Position numbers and translations under genes: made by a program
From: the human T2T-CHM13v2.0 reference genome, Homo sapiens
Length of the DNA: 64,000 bases
Direction: 5' to 3' (one strand)
Assembly (NCBI RefSeq): GCF_009914755.1
Contig: NC_060946.1
Shown: positions 1-30,876 of the stretch, in pieces
Layout of the letters: the number at the start of each line of letters is the position of its first letter
How positions within the stretch are numbered: the stretch's first letter is position 1
Notes under the pieces: generated by a model
Told to the model about the DNA's origin: nothing
Database searches by the model: none
What the model saw: only the letters and a program-made list of their open reading frames with translations

Positions 1-30
1 GCTGAGTGACTTTGGGTTTTATGAGATGCC

Positions 31-164
31 CTGCAGCCTCTGCCTCTCTGGGTTCAAGCAATTCTTGTGCCTCAGCCTCCTGAGTAGCTGGGACTACAGG
101 CATGTGTCATCATGCTCAGCTAATTTTTGTATTTTTAGTAGAGACTGGTTTCACCATGTTGGCC
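31..164 (-). repeat. Internal Alu fragment, inverted local copy of 1235-1368
   Basis: 130/134 identical to the reverse complement of 1235-1368; no Alu ends, tail or TSD. Confidence 0.9.
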
Positions 165-668
165 TGTGTGCCTCCTCACCAGAGGCAAGCAAGAGGGCAG
201 GGAACAGGCTGCCAGGAAGCTCTCTTGTCCGTGGGGTGTCATGCAAATTAACTCCTCAAGGTGACAAGATGCCAAGCCCAGGGCTGCTATCCTCATTCCC
301 CCTTCCTGTCACTACTTCTGTGGGTAGAAGAGGCAGAAGAGTTTCAACCTGGGCAGTTCAGGGCAGCTACTTAGAGCTTGATGGGCTCTAAGTAAAGGTT
401 AGGGGCACACAGGAGTCAAGTCACCTTTCCTGCTGTTTTTTTTCCCTTCAAATCCTGAACCGATTTGAAGCCTCTCTGAATGGCTGCCTGTTTACACCAA
501 ACAACCCCCAAGGCAGTCAGCACCTTGCCTTTCTTGTCTTTTCTTCCTTCTGGGCCTGTGCACACTGGGCAGTGGCCCCCTTTATCCGAAAGACCTGGGC
601 CAGGGCTTGGGGGTGTTTGTGATGTGGGGTTCTGTTTTTTTGGGGGGTGGGGACGGGGGCTGGTGGGG

Positions 669-728
669 AGAGGTTCCAGTGAAAACTGGAAAACCTGCTA
701 GAAAAATTCTAAAAGAGCTGTAACACTG
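669..728 (-). pseudogene. U7 snRNA retrocopy (pseudogene) in an RSPH14 intron
   Basis: Minus strand reads CAGTGTTACAGCTCTTTTAGAATTTTTCTAGCAGGTTTTCCAGTTTTCACTGGAACCTCT. The first 20 nt are identical to the U7 5' end, followed by an Sm-like site and a 3' hairpin. A C-rich run and A8 follow, and the flanks carry an imperfect TSD (gggttctgttt 627-637 / gggttttgttt 729-739). Confidence 0.9.
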
Positions 729-1145
729 GGGTTTTGTTTCTAATACAAAGTAAAACTACTGATCGCCAGTCAAGAGGGTGAACCCAGCTGATGTGGGAAA
801 GCACCTCCAACCACCCTCACCCTGTTGCCCCAACACCTAACTAAAATACTCTATAAAATTTTTTTTAAGTGTAAAAAGTGAAGCTGTGCTTACACAGGAA
901 AAGGACACTTCCAGGTGCCAGAAACCAAGAACTCAGCCATCATGAACAGGAAGTGAGGCCACCAGACCAGATACTCACTTTGAGGATGTTATTTTAACAC
1001 CCTCACAGGGACAGGAGCCAAAGCCACAGCCCCTGTGGGGATCTGGGTTGGGGAACTGGGCTCTCTGTAAAAAGCTAAGAAGTGGCAAAATTGTTGCAGA
1101 AGTAAGATCTGAACTTTCTTCCCACCTTGAAAGTGGGAAGCTCAG

Positions 1146-1460
1146 CTAGGTGCAGTGGCTCATGCCTGTAATCCCAGCATTTTAGGAGGCCGAGGCAGGC
1201 AGATCACTTGAGGCCAGGAATTTGAAACCAGGCTGGCCAACGTGGTGAAACCAGTCTCTACTAAAAATACAAAAATTAGCTGAGCGTGATGACACATGCC
1301 TGTAGTCCCAGCTACTCAGGAGGCTGAGGCACAAGAATTGCTTGAACCCAAAGAGGCAGGGGCTGCAGTGAGCTGAGATCGTGTCACCGTACTCCAGCCT
1401 GGGTGACAGAGTGAGAGACTGTCTCAAAAAAGAAAGAAAAGAAAGAGAGAGAGAGAGAGC
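1146..1460 (+). mobile_element. Alu with GA-rich tail
   Basis: Dimeric Alu consensus motifs, A/GA tail. Confidence 0.95.
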
Positions 1461-1703
1461 GCTCAGAGCTTGGAACTAACATAAAATAAATAAAAATCAG
1501 TCTGGAACAGAGGGCCCCATAAGATCCACACAGAGGCAACCAAAACCACCCCACAAAGAGTCCTGCTCTGGCTAAATAGAAGCCCCTGCAAAAACTGATG
1601 CGGCAGACAACACTCCAGAGCACTCTAAGCAGCTCAAGTGCATCCACCCAGGGGAGAAGTGCGGCTCGCAAGCGTCACACTGGTTTCCAGAACAGCATCC
1701 CAC

Positions 1704-1806
1704 CTGCCCACGCTATGGCTTGCCGTGATGTGGAGCACCTCGGTGGTCTTTATGCGCACCATACTGTTGCTATCCTTCAGCAAAGCTTTCAGGTTCTCCA
1801 TACAGC
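1704..1806 (-). CDS. RSPH14: RSPH14 (RTDR1, radial spoke head 14) second coding exon; the gene continues beyond the window start
   Basis: 103-nt exon bounded by a poly-T/ctag acceptor and a GTGGGA donor. Encodes (G)[33 protein letters not shown](R), in frame with the phase-1 end of the previous exon; ARM/HEAT-like helical pattern. Confidence 0.93.
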
Positions 1807-2202
1807 CTAGAAAAAAAAAAAAAAACAAACAAACCAACCCTTGAATTTTTGCCAGTCTCAGAAACCAACCAACCCAGAAGTCAATAAGTGGGCCAGTTGG
1901 GGCAGGAATGTACCAGAGTTTCTGCTGCTTTGGGGCACTGGGGAATCATGTTGGTTATGCAGCATTTCAGAGTCACTGAAGAGGCTCATGTCTCATCCAA
2001 CCCTCCTTGTGATTCTCCCTGCACACTTCCTACCAGTGACTTCTCACAAAGTCTGTCATGAGGTTAAGAAAATGGCCTTTGCCATTTCTTTGACCTCAGG
2101 AGAGATATGGGGTCAAATTATAACCCTGTGTCAAACTAGTCATATGACTTTGAGTGGGTTACACCTACGGATGCCAGATTTAGCAAATAAAAATCCAGCT
2201 TT

Positions 2203-2930
2203 GGCCAGGTATGGTGGCTTACGCCTGTAATCCCAGCACTTTGGGAGGCCAAGGCAAGCGGATCACCTGAGATCAGGAGTTCAAGACCAGCCTGGCCAAC
2301 ATGGTGAAACCCCATCTCTACAAAAATACAAAATATTAGCCAGGCATGATGGCAGGTGCCTGTAGTCCCAGCTACTCAGGAGGCTGAGGCAGGAGAATCA
2401 CTTGAACCCAAGAGGCGGAGGTTTCAGTGAGCCAAGATCGTGCCATTGCACTTCAGCCTGGGCAAGAGAGCGAGATGCCATCTCAAAAAATAAATAAATA
2501 AATAAATAAATACAAATCTAGCTTTATTTATTTATTGGGCAACCCTAGACTTACAATCCTTCTCTGAACCATGCTTTTCTTATCTGTGGGTTGAGAATGG
2601 ACTCTCCCCTGTAGGTGGCCTTTCTAAGGATTAAGATAATCCAGGCTGGGTGTGATGGCTCACACATATAATCCCAAAACTTTGGAGGCTGACCTGGGAG
2701 AATCAATTGAGGCCAAGAGTTCAAGAACAGCCTGGGCAACACAGCAAGATCTTGTTTATAAAAAAATAATAATAAGAAATTAGTCAGCCATGGTGGTACT
2801 TGTAGTCCTAGTTACTCAGGAAGCTGAAGCAGGAGGATCTCTTGACCCCAAGATTTCAAGGTTACAGTGAGCTATGATTCTGCCACTGCACTCTAGTCTG
2901 GGAGATGGCAAGACCCTCCCTCAATAAATA
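2203..2930 (+). mobile_element. Two Alus (S-type ~2203-2510, J-type ~2644-2930)
   Basis: Alu consensus, (TAAA)n tail. Confidence 0.92.
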
Positions 2931-3085
2931 AACATTTTTTAAAAAGAACCCGGGCACCGCACCTATAGTGGAACTGGCCTGGAGTCAGGCTCAAACAATA
3001 GCAACCCTTATTACTGAAGTTCTACCCAGTGCCTGAAGCCATGCTAGGACCCCAGTCATGGTCACCTGTGCTGTGTCACGCTCAC

Positions 3086-3284
3086 CTATGTTCATGGCCT
3101 TGTAGATACACTCGGGGTCATGCATGAGGTCACACAAGGCCATGAGGGCTTTCTGCCTCGTCTGGAGGTCCTCTGACTGCAGCTCCTCCTTCAGCTTGGG
3201 CAGGGCCCGATGGCCATAGGCAGTGGTAATCTGGGTGGCATTGATGTTAATGGGAAGCTCCAAGGAGTTCTGGGAATGGGCCAT
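3086..3284 (-). CDS. RSPH14: RSPH14 first coding exon (exon starts ~3336, 52 nt of 5'UTR)
   Basis: ATG at 3284; 199 coding nt [67 protein letters not shown]; donor GTGAGC; acceptor tctcttttag at 3337. Confidence 0.95.
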
Positions 3285-3911
3285 CTTTCCCCAACTACAG
3301 AGGCCTTTCCAAATGAAGCTCTGCAGAAACCACTCACTAAAAGAGACCAAAAAGCTGTCATTATTTCTATTATGATTTAAAAGCTACTTCTCATCTGATC
3401 CTCCAAACTGTGAGGGCAGGCAAATGGGTATTTTTACTTTCATTTTACAGATGAGCAAACTGAGGCTGAGAGCAATGAAGAGATTTGCTCAAAGTCCCAG
3501 TGAAGGTAAGTAAGTAGCAGCCCAAACTGCAAACTCCAGAGCCCTCCCACACAATAGTGCTTCACAGAAGAAACCACTGATACTTTCATCTGGATCTTCA
3601 GTCAAAGGCATTAAAGGACAAAACAAACCAAACAAGCAAACTCCAAGTTGGTCACTCTGTTTAGTGCTTACCTTGTGCCAGCAATAAGTAGTATCCAATT
3701 CAACTACCCCATAAGGAGGGGGCTGGTATTATCCACATTTTACAAATGAGGAAACTGAGGTTCTGGCCAAGGAGCTTACTGGAGGCCATGAAACTGGTAA
3801 GACTAGAAGCCAGTGTTCAAATCTGGGTCTAGCTCATTCACTGCCAGGAACCCATATTCAGATGCTTCTGACACATCCATGAAAAGGAATTAATGTTAAA
3901 AGGTGATTTAT

Positions 3912-4224
<313 letters not shown>

Positions 4225-4539
4225 TTATTGCCGACACACACACACACTTTCAGCAACTATGGGCAGTGTAGGTTAGTAGTTAAGAACTGGCTCCAGATTC
4301 AGGCCTGGGTGACCTTGGCAAGTTACTTCCTCTATCTGTGTCTTTCTGCAGCTTCAAAGGGGAGATGATAACAGTACCTCCTTCCCTGCCTCCCAGAGTT
4401 GTCATATTAACGAATACACGTAAGCCTGGCATACCAGGGCTTCAGCTATGTTGGCTGTGGTTATTATTACGGTTATTATCATGGTTAGTAGAATGGACAG
4501 GCCACAGGCCTGTAGGAATCTACTCCAGTAAAAGGTAAG

Positions 4540-5020
4540 CCAGATGCTCACGCGGGACACCAGATGACAACGGTAGAAGTGGGGGCCGGACTGGGAGGGA
4601 CGTGGCCATGTTTGAGTTGAGCTCCCCTCACAGGAACGGTGGGTGCTGGAGACAGGGGCCTGCCTTCTTCTAAGCGGCGTGGGCTGGGAGAGTCCGGCCG
4701 GAGACAAAAGACCGTGATTTTGAGTGTGGGGACACGGCCCCGTGTGAATGGGACTGGGTGGGTCACTGGGCCCCCCTGTCCCCGGGCCCCTAGCCCACCA
4801 CCGCCGCCTCACCTGCCTCCGCAGCCCTTTCTGCTTCCAGTAGCCCGCGCCACTGGCCAACCTATTCAGTTGCCAGGCGACATCGTTGCCAGGCGACTCC
4901 AGCAGCGTCCGCGGCGCCGCGGTCGACATAATCAGCACCCACTGCGCAGGCGCAAACAGCCCAAGGCTGCGGCCGGCTGCAAAGCGGGAACAATCATTTA
5001 CAGGGTTGCTGTGGAGACCA
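4540..5020 (-). promoter_or_regulatory. RSPH14: RSPH14 CpG-rich promoter and putative non-coding exon 1 (donor CAG|GTGAGG at 4813/4812) with three X-box-like motifs
   Basis: CpG-dense; strong minus-strand donor; GTTGCCAGGCGAC at 4869-4881 and 4885-4897, GTTGCTGTGGAGAC at 5005-5018. Confidence 0.75.
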
Positions 5021-5187
5021 AAGGCAGCTCAGCTTTGTTCAAAGTACAGAAGGGAAAGGAAGTGACTTATTTACGCCCTTCTCTGTACTGGGTACTTTGC
5101 ATGCCTCTGATCCTCAGAGTAAATTCATAAGGTGGTAACATCTAGTTTAGAGACAAGAACCTCAGAGAAGTTCAGTCGTTTCTCCCA

Positions 5188-5502
5188 ATTTTTTTTTTTG
5201 ACGGAGTTTCGCTCTTTCACGCAGGCTGGAGTGCAGTGGCGCGATCTTGACTCACTGCAACCTCCGCTCCACTCCGCGCCACCGCACCCAACCCGGGTGC
5301 AAGTGATTCTCCTGCCTAAGCCTCCCAAGTAGCTGGGATTATAGGCGGCCGCCATCACACCCAGCTAATTTTTGTATTTTTAGTAGAGACAGGGTTTCGC
5401 CATGTTGGCCAGGCTGGTCTCGAACTCCTGACCTCAGATGATCCACCCGCCTCGGCCTCCCAAAATGCTAGGATTACAGGCGTGAGCCACTGCGCTCAGC
5501 CA
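5188..5502 (-). mobile_element. Alu with a short GC-rich internal insertion (~5268-5292)
   Basis: Antisense Alu consensus; flanking repeat gtttc(t/c)cccaa. Confidence 0.92.
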
Positions 5503-5903
5503 GTTTCCCCCAAATTACATAGGCCTGATCTCAAGACTGCCTAGCCCTGCCCATGCCCCTTGCTCTTCAGGCTGACCGCCTGGTAATGACAAAGGTTAGC
5601 CTCTGCAGTGGACCCAACACACTGCTGGCCAGCGTAGCTGTTCTCAAAAGCAAGCCAGACCCAGCCACCACCTGCATAAAACCCTCCATGGCTCCCCACT
5701 AGTCTCAGGGCTGAGTCCAAACTCCTAGCCTAGTGCTCCAGTCCCTGGGTGATGGCCTCCTCCAGCCATGCCAGACTCTCTCTTAACCCCTCAAATGCCA
5801 CCTCGCTCATGAAGCCTGAGCGCTCTGTAACACTAATTATTACCTCTTTATCCTTCAGGATGCAACTTGGTGAACACTTCTTCCATGAAACCTTCCTTCT
5901 CCC

Positions 5904-7014
5904 TGAAGGAGTGAAGTATGGGCCATCCCAAAATATGCTGGATTGGTATATTGACCATTTTGAGTGGACAACATTGGAAAAATAGTGGCCTCAGAAAGGG
6001 CTAACTGGGCCAGGTGCAGTGGCTCATACCTGTAATCCTAGCACTTTGGGAGGCTGAAGGGGGAGGGTTGCTTGAGCCCAAGAGTTTGAGGTTACAGTGA
6101 GATATGATCACACTACTACACCCCAGCCTGGGTGACAGAGTGAGACCTCAACTCTAAAATAAATAAATAAATAAATAAATAAATAGATATAATTTTAAAA
6201 AAAGATACAAGAAAAGGCAAACAGATATGCTTCTTTCTGCATTCAGCAAGCCATAAAGATTCCTCTAGGAGCGGTACCCTCACTGTACCAGGGCAAGAAA
6301 ATAGCCCTTGTCACCTGAGACTAAGAATTGGGGACTGCAATGGACCTGAATAAATATACTTAACCCTGTCTTCCACTAAGTTTATGCCCCTCATATTATC
6401 TCCTAGTGAATCCCCTAGAATTTACTGCCCTAGCCAGATCCCCTTTGTCCTGCCATTTCTTCTCAAATTTGTCATCCTTTGTCTAAAAAGTATAAAAGCA
6501 TCTTGCTTTGGCCACTTCTCTAGACTTCACTCTGGTAAAGATCCCCATGCGCATGTAAAACTAATAACACTTGTATGCTTTTCTCTTGCTAATCTGCCCA
6601 GTGTCAGTTTGGTTTCTAGATCTAGGCAAAGAGCCCACTTAAGAGCTAAAGGAGGATTGGGGCCAGGTGTGCTGGCTTACGCCTGTAATCCCAACACTTT
6701 GGGAAGCCAAGGCCGGCGGATCACATGAGGCCAGGAGTTCAAAACCAGCCTGGCACACATGGCAAAACCCCATCTCTACTAAAAAAATTTAAAAATTAGC
6801 CAAGCATGGTTGGTGCGCACCTGTGGTCCCAGCTACTCGGGAGGCTGAGGCAGGAGAATCGCTTGAGCCGGGAGGCGGAGATTGCAGTGAGCCGAGATCA
6901 CACTACTGCACTCCAGCCTGGGCGACAGAGTGAGACTCCATCTCAAAAAAAAAAAAAAAAAAAAAAAAAAAAACAGCTAAAGGAGGAGTTCAGGGTGATC
7001 TCTAGCTCCTGCCA
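5904..7014 (+). mobile_element. ERV1-class solo LTR (MER34/MER39-like) interrupted by two Alus (~6008-6185, 6661-6972)
   Basis: Begins TGAAGG...CCCAAAATATGC...ATTTTGAG, typical of the MER34/39 group; TATAAAA box at ~6491; ends in CA; Alu TSD agctaaaggagga. Confidence 0.65.
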
Positions 7015-8218
7015 AATCCCCAAATCCAAATTAGTAAGTGACCCCACAGCTTAATCTTCCCTTCTCCTAAATCCCATTGGCACACTCCCTTCCCCTAATT
7101 CTCTATTTACTTCTCTGCTTCCCGCAGTGGACTCCAATTTCCCTGAGGGTGGACACCATGTCCGTTCTCTTTCCTTGTCTCCCCAGTGCTAGGCATATAC
7201 CAGGAAGCTTTCAGTACATGTAGGACAAATGAATAGTTAATGGACTTGAATCAAGCTTTACAGTATAAAAGCACTTTCACCATCTCAGGTGATCCATTGA
7301 AATAGATAGTTGCGTTTATTTTATAGTTGAGTAAACTGAGGTGCGGAAGGTGGAACAACTCACCTAAGTTCACCCCCTAAGCCTCAACCTTAGCAGTGAA
7401 ACTCACTAAAAGACATTAAACAGAGCCAGGTGTGGTGGCCCTTGCCTGTAGTCCCAAGGACTGGGGAGGCTGAGGCGGGAGGATTCCTTGAGCCTAGGAG
7501 TTCGAGTCCAGCCTGGACAACATAGCAAGACTCCATCTCTTTAAAAAAAAAAAAAAAAGACATCAAACACCAGCCTCCAGCACACTTAGCTTTGAATTGA
7601 AGATGACTGAGTTAGATCTGTGTACCAAGGCTTCCATATTGTGATGCAGAAAAGTTAAGGAGCTGAATTAAGTAGGTTCTCAAACTGAACCCCGGACTTC
7701 GAAGCTGGTTCCACGGTTTTATAAGGGCCACAAGAGGCCATCTAGCCCAAAACAGCTAACTTTCCAAACCGAAACTAGTTCAGAGGAAATCACTGACTCA
7801 GGTCAGCTTTTTATTAAGGAAATTAATTTTGTACCGTGAGCTCTAGAAGCCAGGCATATGATATTCAGACAGCACTGGATTCAGAACTATGCAGACTAAG
7901 GTCAGTAGATGGTAGGCAGGTCTATCTTCTGCAGCTGCAGGGTGCTTGACTCCAATTAAACATCAATACCACATCAGGAGCTCTTATGCCATAACCGCCC
8001 AACCTCTCCCAGCCGAGCTGATCACCAGAACCTGCGCGAATCTCTCCACGGTCAGCCCCACCCAGGGCTCAGGCTCCGCCCCCGGGCCTCCATAGCCCCG
8101 CCCACCGCCCACCCATCCAGCACCGCCCTTGTTGTCATGGTGATCTCCGGCTCTCCAGGGTGTCCAGGAGTCTCTCTGCTGCCAGCCCCGCCCAGACTCC
8201 AGGCAGGTTCTCGTTGCT

Positions 8219-24417
<16,199 letters not shown>

Positions 24418-25695
24418 CTGGGGCCTGCGTGGAAGGCCTCCGCTCCCTGCACACACACGGACAGGAATTTCCGTGACTGTGGTGTGGAGACTGGAGCCCA
24501 AGCTCTGCAGCGTGTCGCCCTCAAGCTGTAGGCCCATGTTCCAGTCCCTCCACCCACCCACCGGGCTCAGCTCCAGGGCACAGTCACTTGTCCGTTGCAG
24601 GTTGGGCACTAGAAAAGGCCCCCACTGGCTGCCTGGGAGCCCCACACCACCGGGCCAGTGCAGGCACTGTGGTGATCCCATAAAAGGCCAGTCCATTTGC
24701 AGGGTCATCAGACAGTCACCTTTGGCCTCAAGAGGCCTCAGAACTGCAAACTCCTGCGTCGGTCTATACTACTCGGCCATGGCCCACATCAGCAGTCAAC
24801 CCTGCACTCTTTCCCAGCGATCTTGGATGTGTCCCCAGGATCCGTCACAGTGTTCCAGGCAACCTGGACTTGTCAAAGTCAGCACCTGAAGGAGAGGCCA
24901 CCTGCCATTCCCCCTGGGAGTTTTCTGTTGTCAGCAGGACTTATGGTTCTGGGTCTCAGAGCTTCAGGCCTCACTGTCCTTCTGCCACGGATGCTCAAGG
25001 TTCCTGGGCAGACCAGCACCTCTGGAGGACAATGGACAAAATGTCTCTTAGACCTGTTCTGGCTGAAGGGCTATCTCTGGCACCTCTGAGATCCCTAGGT
25101 CCTGCCCTCCTGGTCCGTGGGCCAGGATGTGCAGAACAACCACTCAGGCCTTTCTGGCCCACCTGGACAGTGCATTTACCTGTGTGCTGCGGGAGGCAGA
25201 CTGCACAGCTGTCCTAGGGTAACTCACTCTGCAGCCCTTGAACATGGCACTGCCCTCCTCTGGCACTCATGCTGGGCCTGTGCCCACTGCTGCCTCTCCA
25301 TCCCTCTCTCATTGGCCTATACATCTCTTAGGACCTTTGTAATGGTGTCCATGCACCTTTAGAGGACTTCAGAGGCCCTGCCAAGTCTAGCATGTTCCTG
25401 TCTCCAACACCGCCTCCTGCACATGCAGAGCAGACAGAAATACCCCACACATTCCCCAGCCTCTCTGCCCAGTATGCTCATCCACAGGGTTTTCTCACTG
25501 CTATGAACCAGCCCCACAGCCCCAGGCCCCTGTCACCTGGCTATGCCCACTCATCCCACCCGTCTCGTGCTGTTGCTTCCCGTAGATGGCGAGCACCTTG
25601 CAGGCAGCCTTCTGATCAGTACTGCTCTCCTAGGGCCTGGCACACTGCAGCTGCCCTGTAAATGTTCAGCTCAGCGATTGCCAAATACCAGTTAG

Positions 25696-26380
<685 letters not shown>

Positions 26381-26459
26381 TCCATAAATGACTTTTAAAG
26401 GGGTTGTATGTTTAGTGTGAACAAAGACAGTACAAAGCATATAAAATACAAGGTGAAAG

Positions 26460-26475
26460 CCCCCCCCCCCCCCCC
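26460..26475 (+). repeat. Poly-C run (C16)
   Basis: Directly visible homopolymer. Confidence 0.95.
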
Positions 26476-26498
26476 GCCACATTAGCTGCGCCCCTGAA

Positions 26499-27659
26499 GT
26501 GTCTCCAGCAGAAGAGATGGATGAATGGAAGGACACACAGATGGACAGAGAGCAGGAAAGACTGTTAGCTTTGCTAACAGTCAGGACTATTCCTTCTGGA
26601 CTCTGTGCCTTTGCCTGCACAGCTAGTGTTGATGGCTTGTTTGTTGTTTTCACCAGAGTGAGCTCCTTCTGGACATACTGCCTGGCAGCCTGCCTTCCTA
26701 GGGAGCTGGCGCCAAGGCCTCTCCCTGATGGCACACAAGGAGCCTCCTTCCTGTAGCAGCGCCCAGTTTTCATGTGGATGGATTGTAGTTCATTTGACCC
26801 TCCCCATCCGCGGGCCATCCGGCTTGTGTCCAGCTTTTAGCTCTTGCCAATGGTGCTGCAGTGGCCATTCTTGTAGTTATAGCTTTGCGTACTCAGGAAG
26901 GCCCTTCTCCCGACTGCGGCCCCCAGCCTGGTCCACTAAATGCAGCCTGTGGTCGGGCAGACAGCATTGGGGTCCATTAGGAAGACCAGGTTTGCTGGGC
27001 ATAAGCTTCACAGGACGGGAGAACCTGCCCATGGTGGACTGTCGTTCTCCACAGCTCCCTTCCCTTGCCCCTTCGGGCCTCCAGGATATGTTTGCGGGGG
27101 TGGGTGTGGTGTCCAGCTGTTACCAGCTTCTGAGCTAGAGCTGTACTGCCTCACGTACACCCCCACCTCTGTAAATGGTCCTTGATTAAATCGTCCTCAT
27201 ATTACCTCCTGCAATGTGCCAGCTGATTCCCACACACCCTGACTGACATAGTTGTGGCCTCTCGAACTTTGATATTTGGCCTGGGAGGACAGAAGAGTAA
27301 GGTCGCCACGGAAACGCAAGGGGCTCAGTTGTCCCCCCACCCCAAGTTGATGCAGCATCTTCTCGGTCAGAATTGCTTCAGGGTGGTTTGCGCACCCTCA
27401 CTTTGATGATTTAATGAAGACATTTCCTTCATTCCCAGCATCGGGCAGTAAGTTTCCTGGGCAGAGGCACTTTCTGTTGGTCTGGTCTTGTGGGCCCAGG
27501 CAAGCAGCCCCCTGCAGCCAAGGTGCGGCAATGACCACAGTGACCGCGTCCAAGTGCTGCCGAAACGCCTTTTTCCTCTTCCCTGTTTCCCTGGACCCTT
27601 TCCTGCTCTCTGTCCATCTGTGTGTCCTTCCGTTCACCTGTCTCTTCTGCTGGAGACAC
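26499..27659. repeat. 62-bp inverted repeat (26499-26560 / 27598-27659)
   Basis: 58/62 identity by manual alignment; the ORF track shows near-identical peptides on opposite strands. Confidence 0.93.
27185..27190 (+). terminator. RAB36: Probable RAB36 polyadenylation signal ATTAAA
   Basis: First canonical-type hexamer I found after the stop codon (about 2.8 kb 3'UTR); no AATAAA seen earlier. Confidence 0.55.
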
Positions 27660-28439
27660 GTACCTGAAGCAGGTCCTCTCCTGTCACTTCCTGGCTCCCC
27701 AGGGCTAGGTCCCAGGGTGCTCTCGCTCTGGCTTTCGAGGCTGCTCACCACCCAGCCCACCCCACCCCCACAGGCCCCTGTGCTCCAGTTTCATCCCTGG
27801 TCACAATGCAGTCTGCAGATGCCAGACCCCTCTTCTGTGCCCAACGGCTGGGACACCCCTACTCCCAGAGAGGCCTCTGTGGACACCCCCACAGCTCTCG
27901 CAGCACTTGATACCTTGAGTGTGATTGGTCACATCTGGGCTTTCTCCCCCACCCATCTGTGGAACCCCAAGAGCCAGGACAGTGACCTCATCACCTCTAC
28001 TGTCTCCCCTAGCACCTCTGGGAGGAAGGGCCCACAGTAGGTGCTCAATAGATGTGTAAAGAAGGCAGGGAAGCAAGAAGGTTGCTCAAACAAGACCATG
28101 TTCCCAGCAGACAGATTGCACTCTGACCCAGATGCCACCACACGAAACTTACACCTGCCTGGGGAACAATCCTGTGCTTGGCTCTCCTTGGTGGCCAGGG
28201 ACAGTTGTGCCTCATCCCTCACTTGCAAACCCCAGTCCTGTCTGACCCAGAGACCCTCACAGGGCATCAGCCAGTGAAGGCGGTTTGGGGCTGGAGGATA
28301 TGTTCTGATCTTGGGAAGAGCTTGGTAGGAGCCAGCCACAGAAAGTTTCAGGGCAGAACTGAACAGGTCTCGGGAAGGACACTTCATGCCAGCTAGAGAG
28401 GCTCTGGGCACAGGAAAGAATTGGACTTCGGGCAGAAAA

Positions 28440-29210
<771 letters not shown>

Positions 29211-30711
29211 GCCAATATGGGGGGGTGGGGTGCAATATAGGGAACTAAGGGAGAGAGTAAGATGAAGGGCTGTGTCCCAATGTCTGCTCCTTTTTTGTCC
29301 TGAGGCAAAGCAAGGGCTTTCTCCCTAAGCAACAGCTCCTTACCCTGACCTTTGCCAATGAACTCAGCATAGAGGTGCTTCCTCAAGAAAGCCTGCTTTA
29401 GCCTCTCCAGCTGGGTCAGGTTGCCCTTGATCCCTATCCTGGTCTCTTTACAATTCCCTTACCGTCCTGGTGGCCTTGGTGGTCTGCCTTGTTCACTGCT
29501 GCATCCCCAGCACCAGCCTACTAAGTAAGCCTTGGAATGAGTGCACGGCTAGTCTCACAGTGCAGCCTCACACGATGTTGTTAACTGGTGCTCTACACCT
29601 TGGATCCCAAGAGGGCGAGGCCAGAGCCCAGGTCACCCCTGACCCCAGCAGGCACCACCACCCACCACCCACTGGAACCCACTTGCAGTGGAAATTCTGA
29701 CCCACTGTTCCCCAAAGCAGAAGTCATCCAGGAGTGGGGTGCCTCCTGGGGGAGTAGCAAGAGGCCACATTTATGGAGCACGCTCTTTGTGCCAGCCCCG
29801 TATGCAGTGAGGTGCTCTGGAAGCTCGTTTAACCACAGCAATGCTGTGGGCTCACTACCACCCCCGCCCTGTCCCCGCCTGACAGGTGGGGAGACTGAGG
29901 TGCAGACAGCTGAAGAGATGGGACACACCTGAGCACCTCCTCCTCCTCTGAACTCCTGGTCCCTCCCCTGCCTCTGCTGCCAACCCCACTTGGAGTCTAA
30001 TCCCAGTGGGAATCTGCTGCAGGTGCCCTCACCCCTGGGGCTCAATGTCTCTCAGTCAGTTGCCCCAGCACACTGCCACCCAGGGTCGAACCCCAAAAGG
30101 AGTTTATTCGCATGGCCCCAACCAAGCTCAGCCCTCCTCAGGGTCCCCCAGCTGAGCCTTCCCCTTCACTGCCGCTCCCTGCACCCTCACAATGTGAGTC
30201 TATGATTCTGTCCTTCCCAGCCCAGCAGCCATGGTTGACAGAGGCTCCACAGGGACCGGAGCAAGGCAGTTGCTCTCAGCATCTTTCAACCCTGTCCCCT
30301 GGGTGCCTGCCTGCCTCCCCCTCCTCCCAGCCCTGCTGCAGGCCTCTGGAGTGGAGAGGAGGCCAGCAGGATCCATTCGACTCACATTTCAGCCTGGGGG
30401 ATGGGATGGACCACTGTCAGACAAACCTCACTCTCTGGAGGGATGCAGGGCATCTTAACCCAGGAGAACTCAGGTCACCTACAATCTAGGTAACTGAATA
30501 CTGAAATGGACAGAGGATCGGTTAAATTGACACGTTCACTCATTCATTAACTCTTTTTTTAATTAATTTATTTTTTTTTTTAAGGCAACACAGCCAGGGT
30601 CTCGCTGTGTTGCCTGGGCTGGCCTCAAACTCCCGGTCTCAAGCAATCCTCCTGTCTCAGCCTTCTGAACAGCTGGGACTACAGGTGCACTACTGCACCT
30701 GGCTTCATTGA

Positions 30712-30876
<165 letters not shown>

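Noticed and set aside
4804-4817. 14-mer CCGCCTCACCTGCC identical to 43654-43667
   Set aside because: Explained by splice-donor consensus in GC-rich context; no flanking homology.
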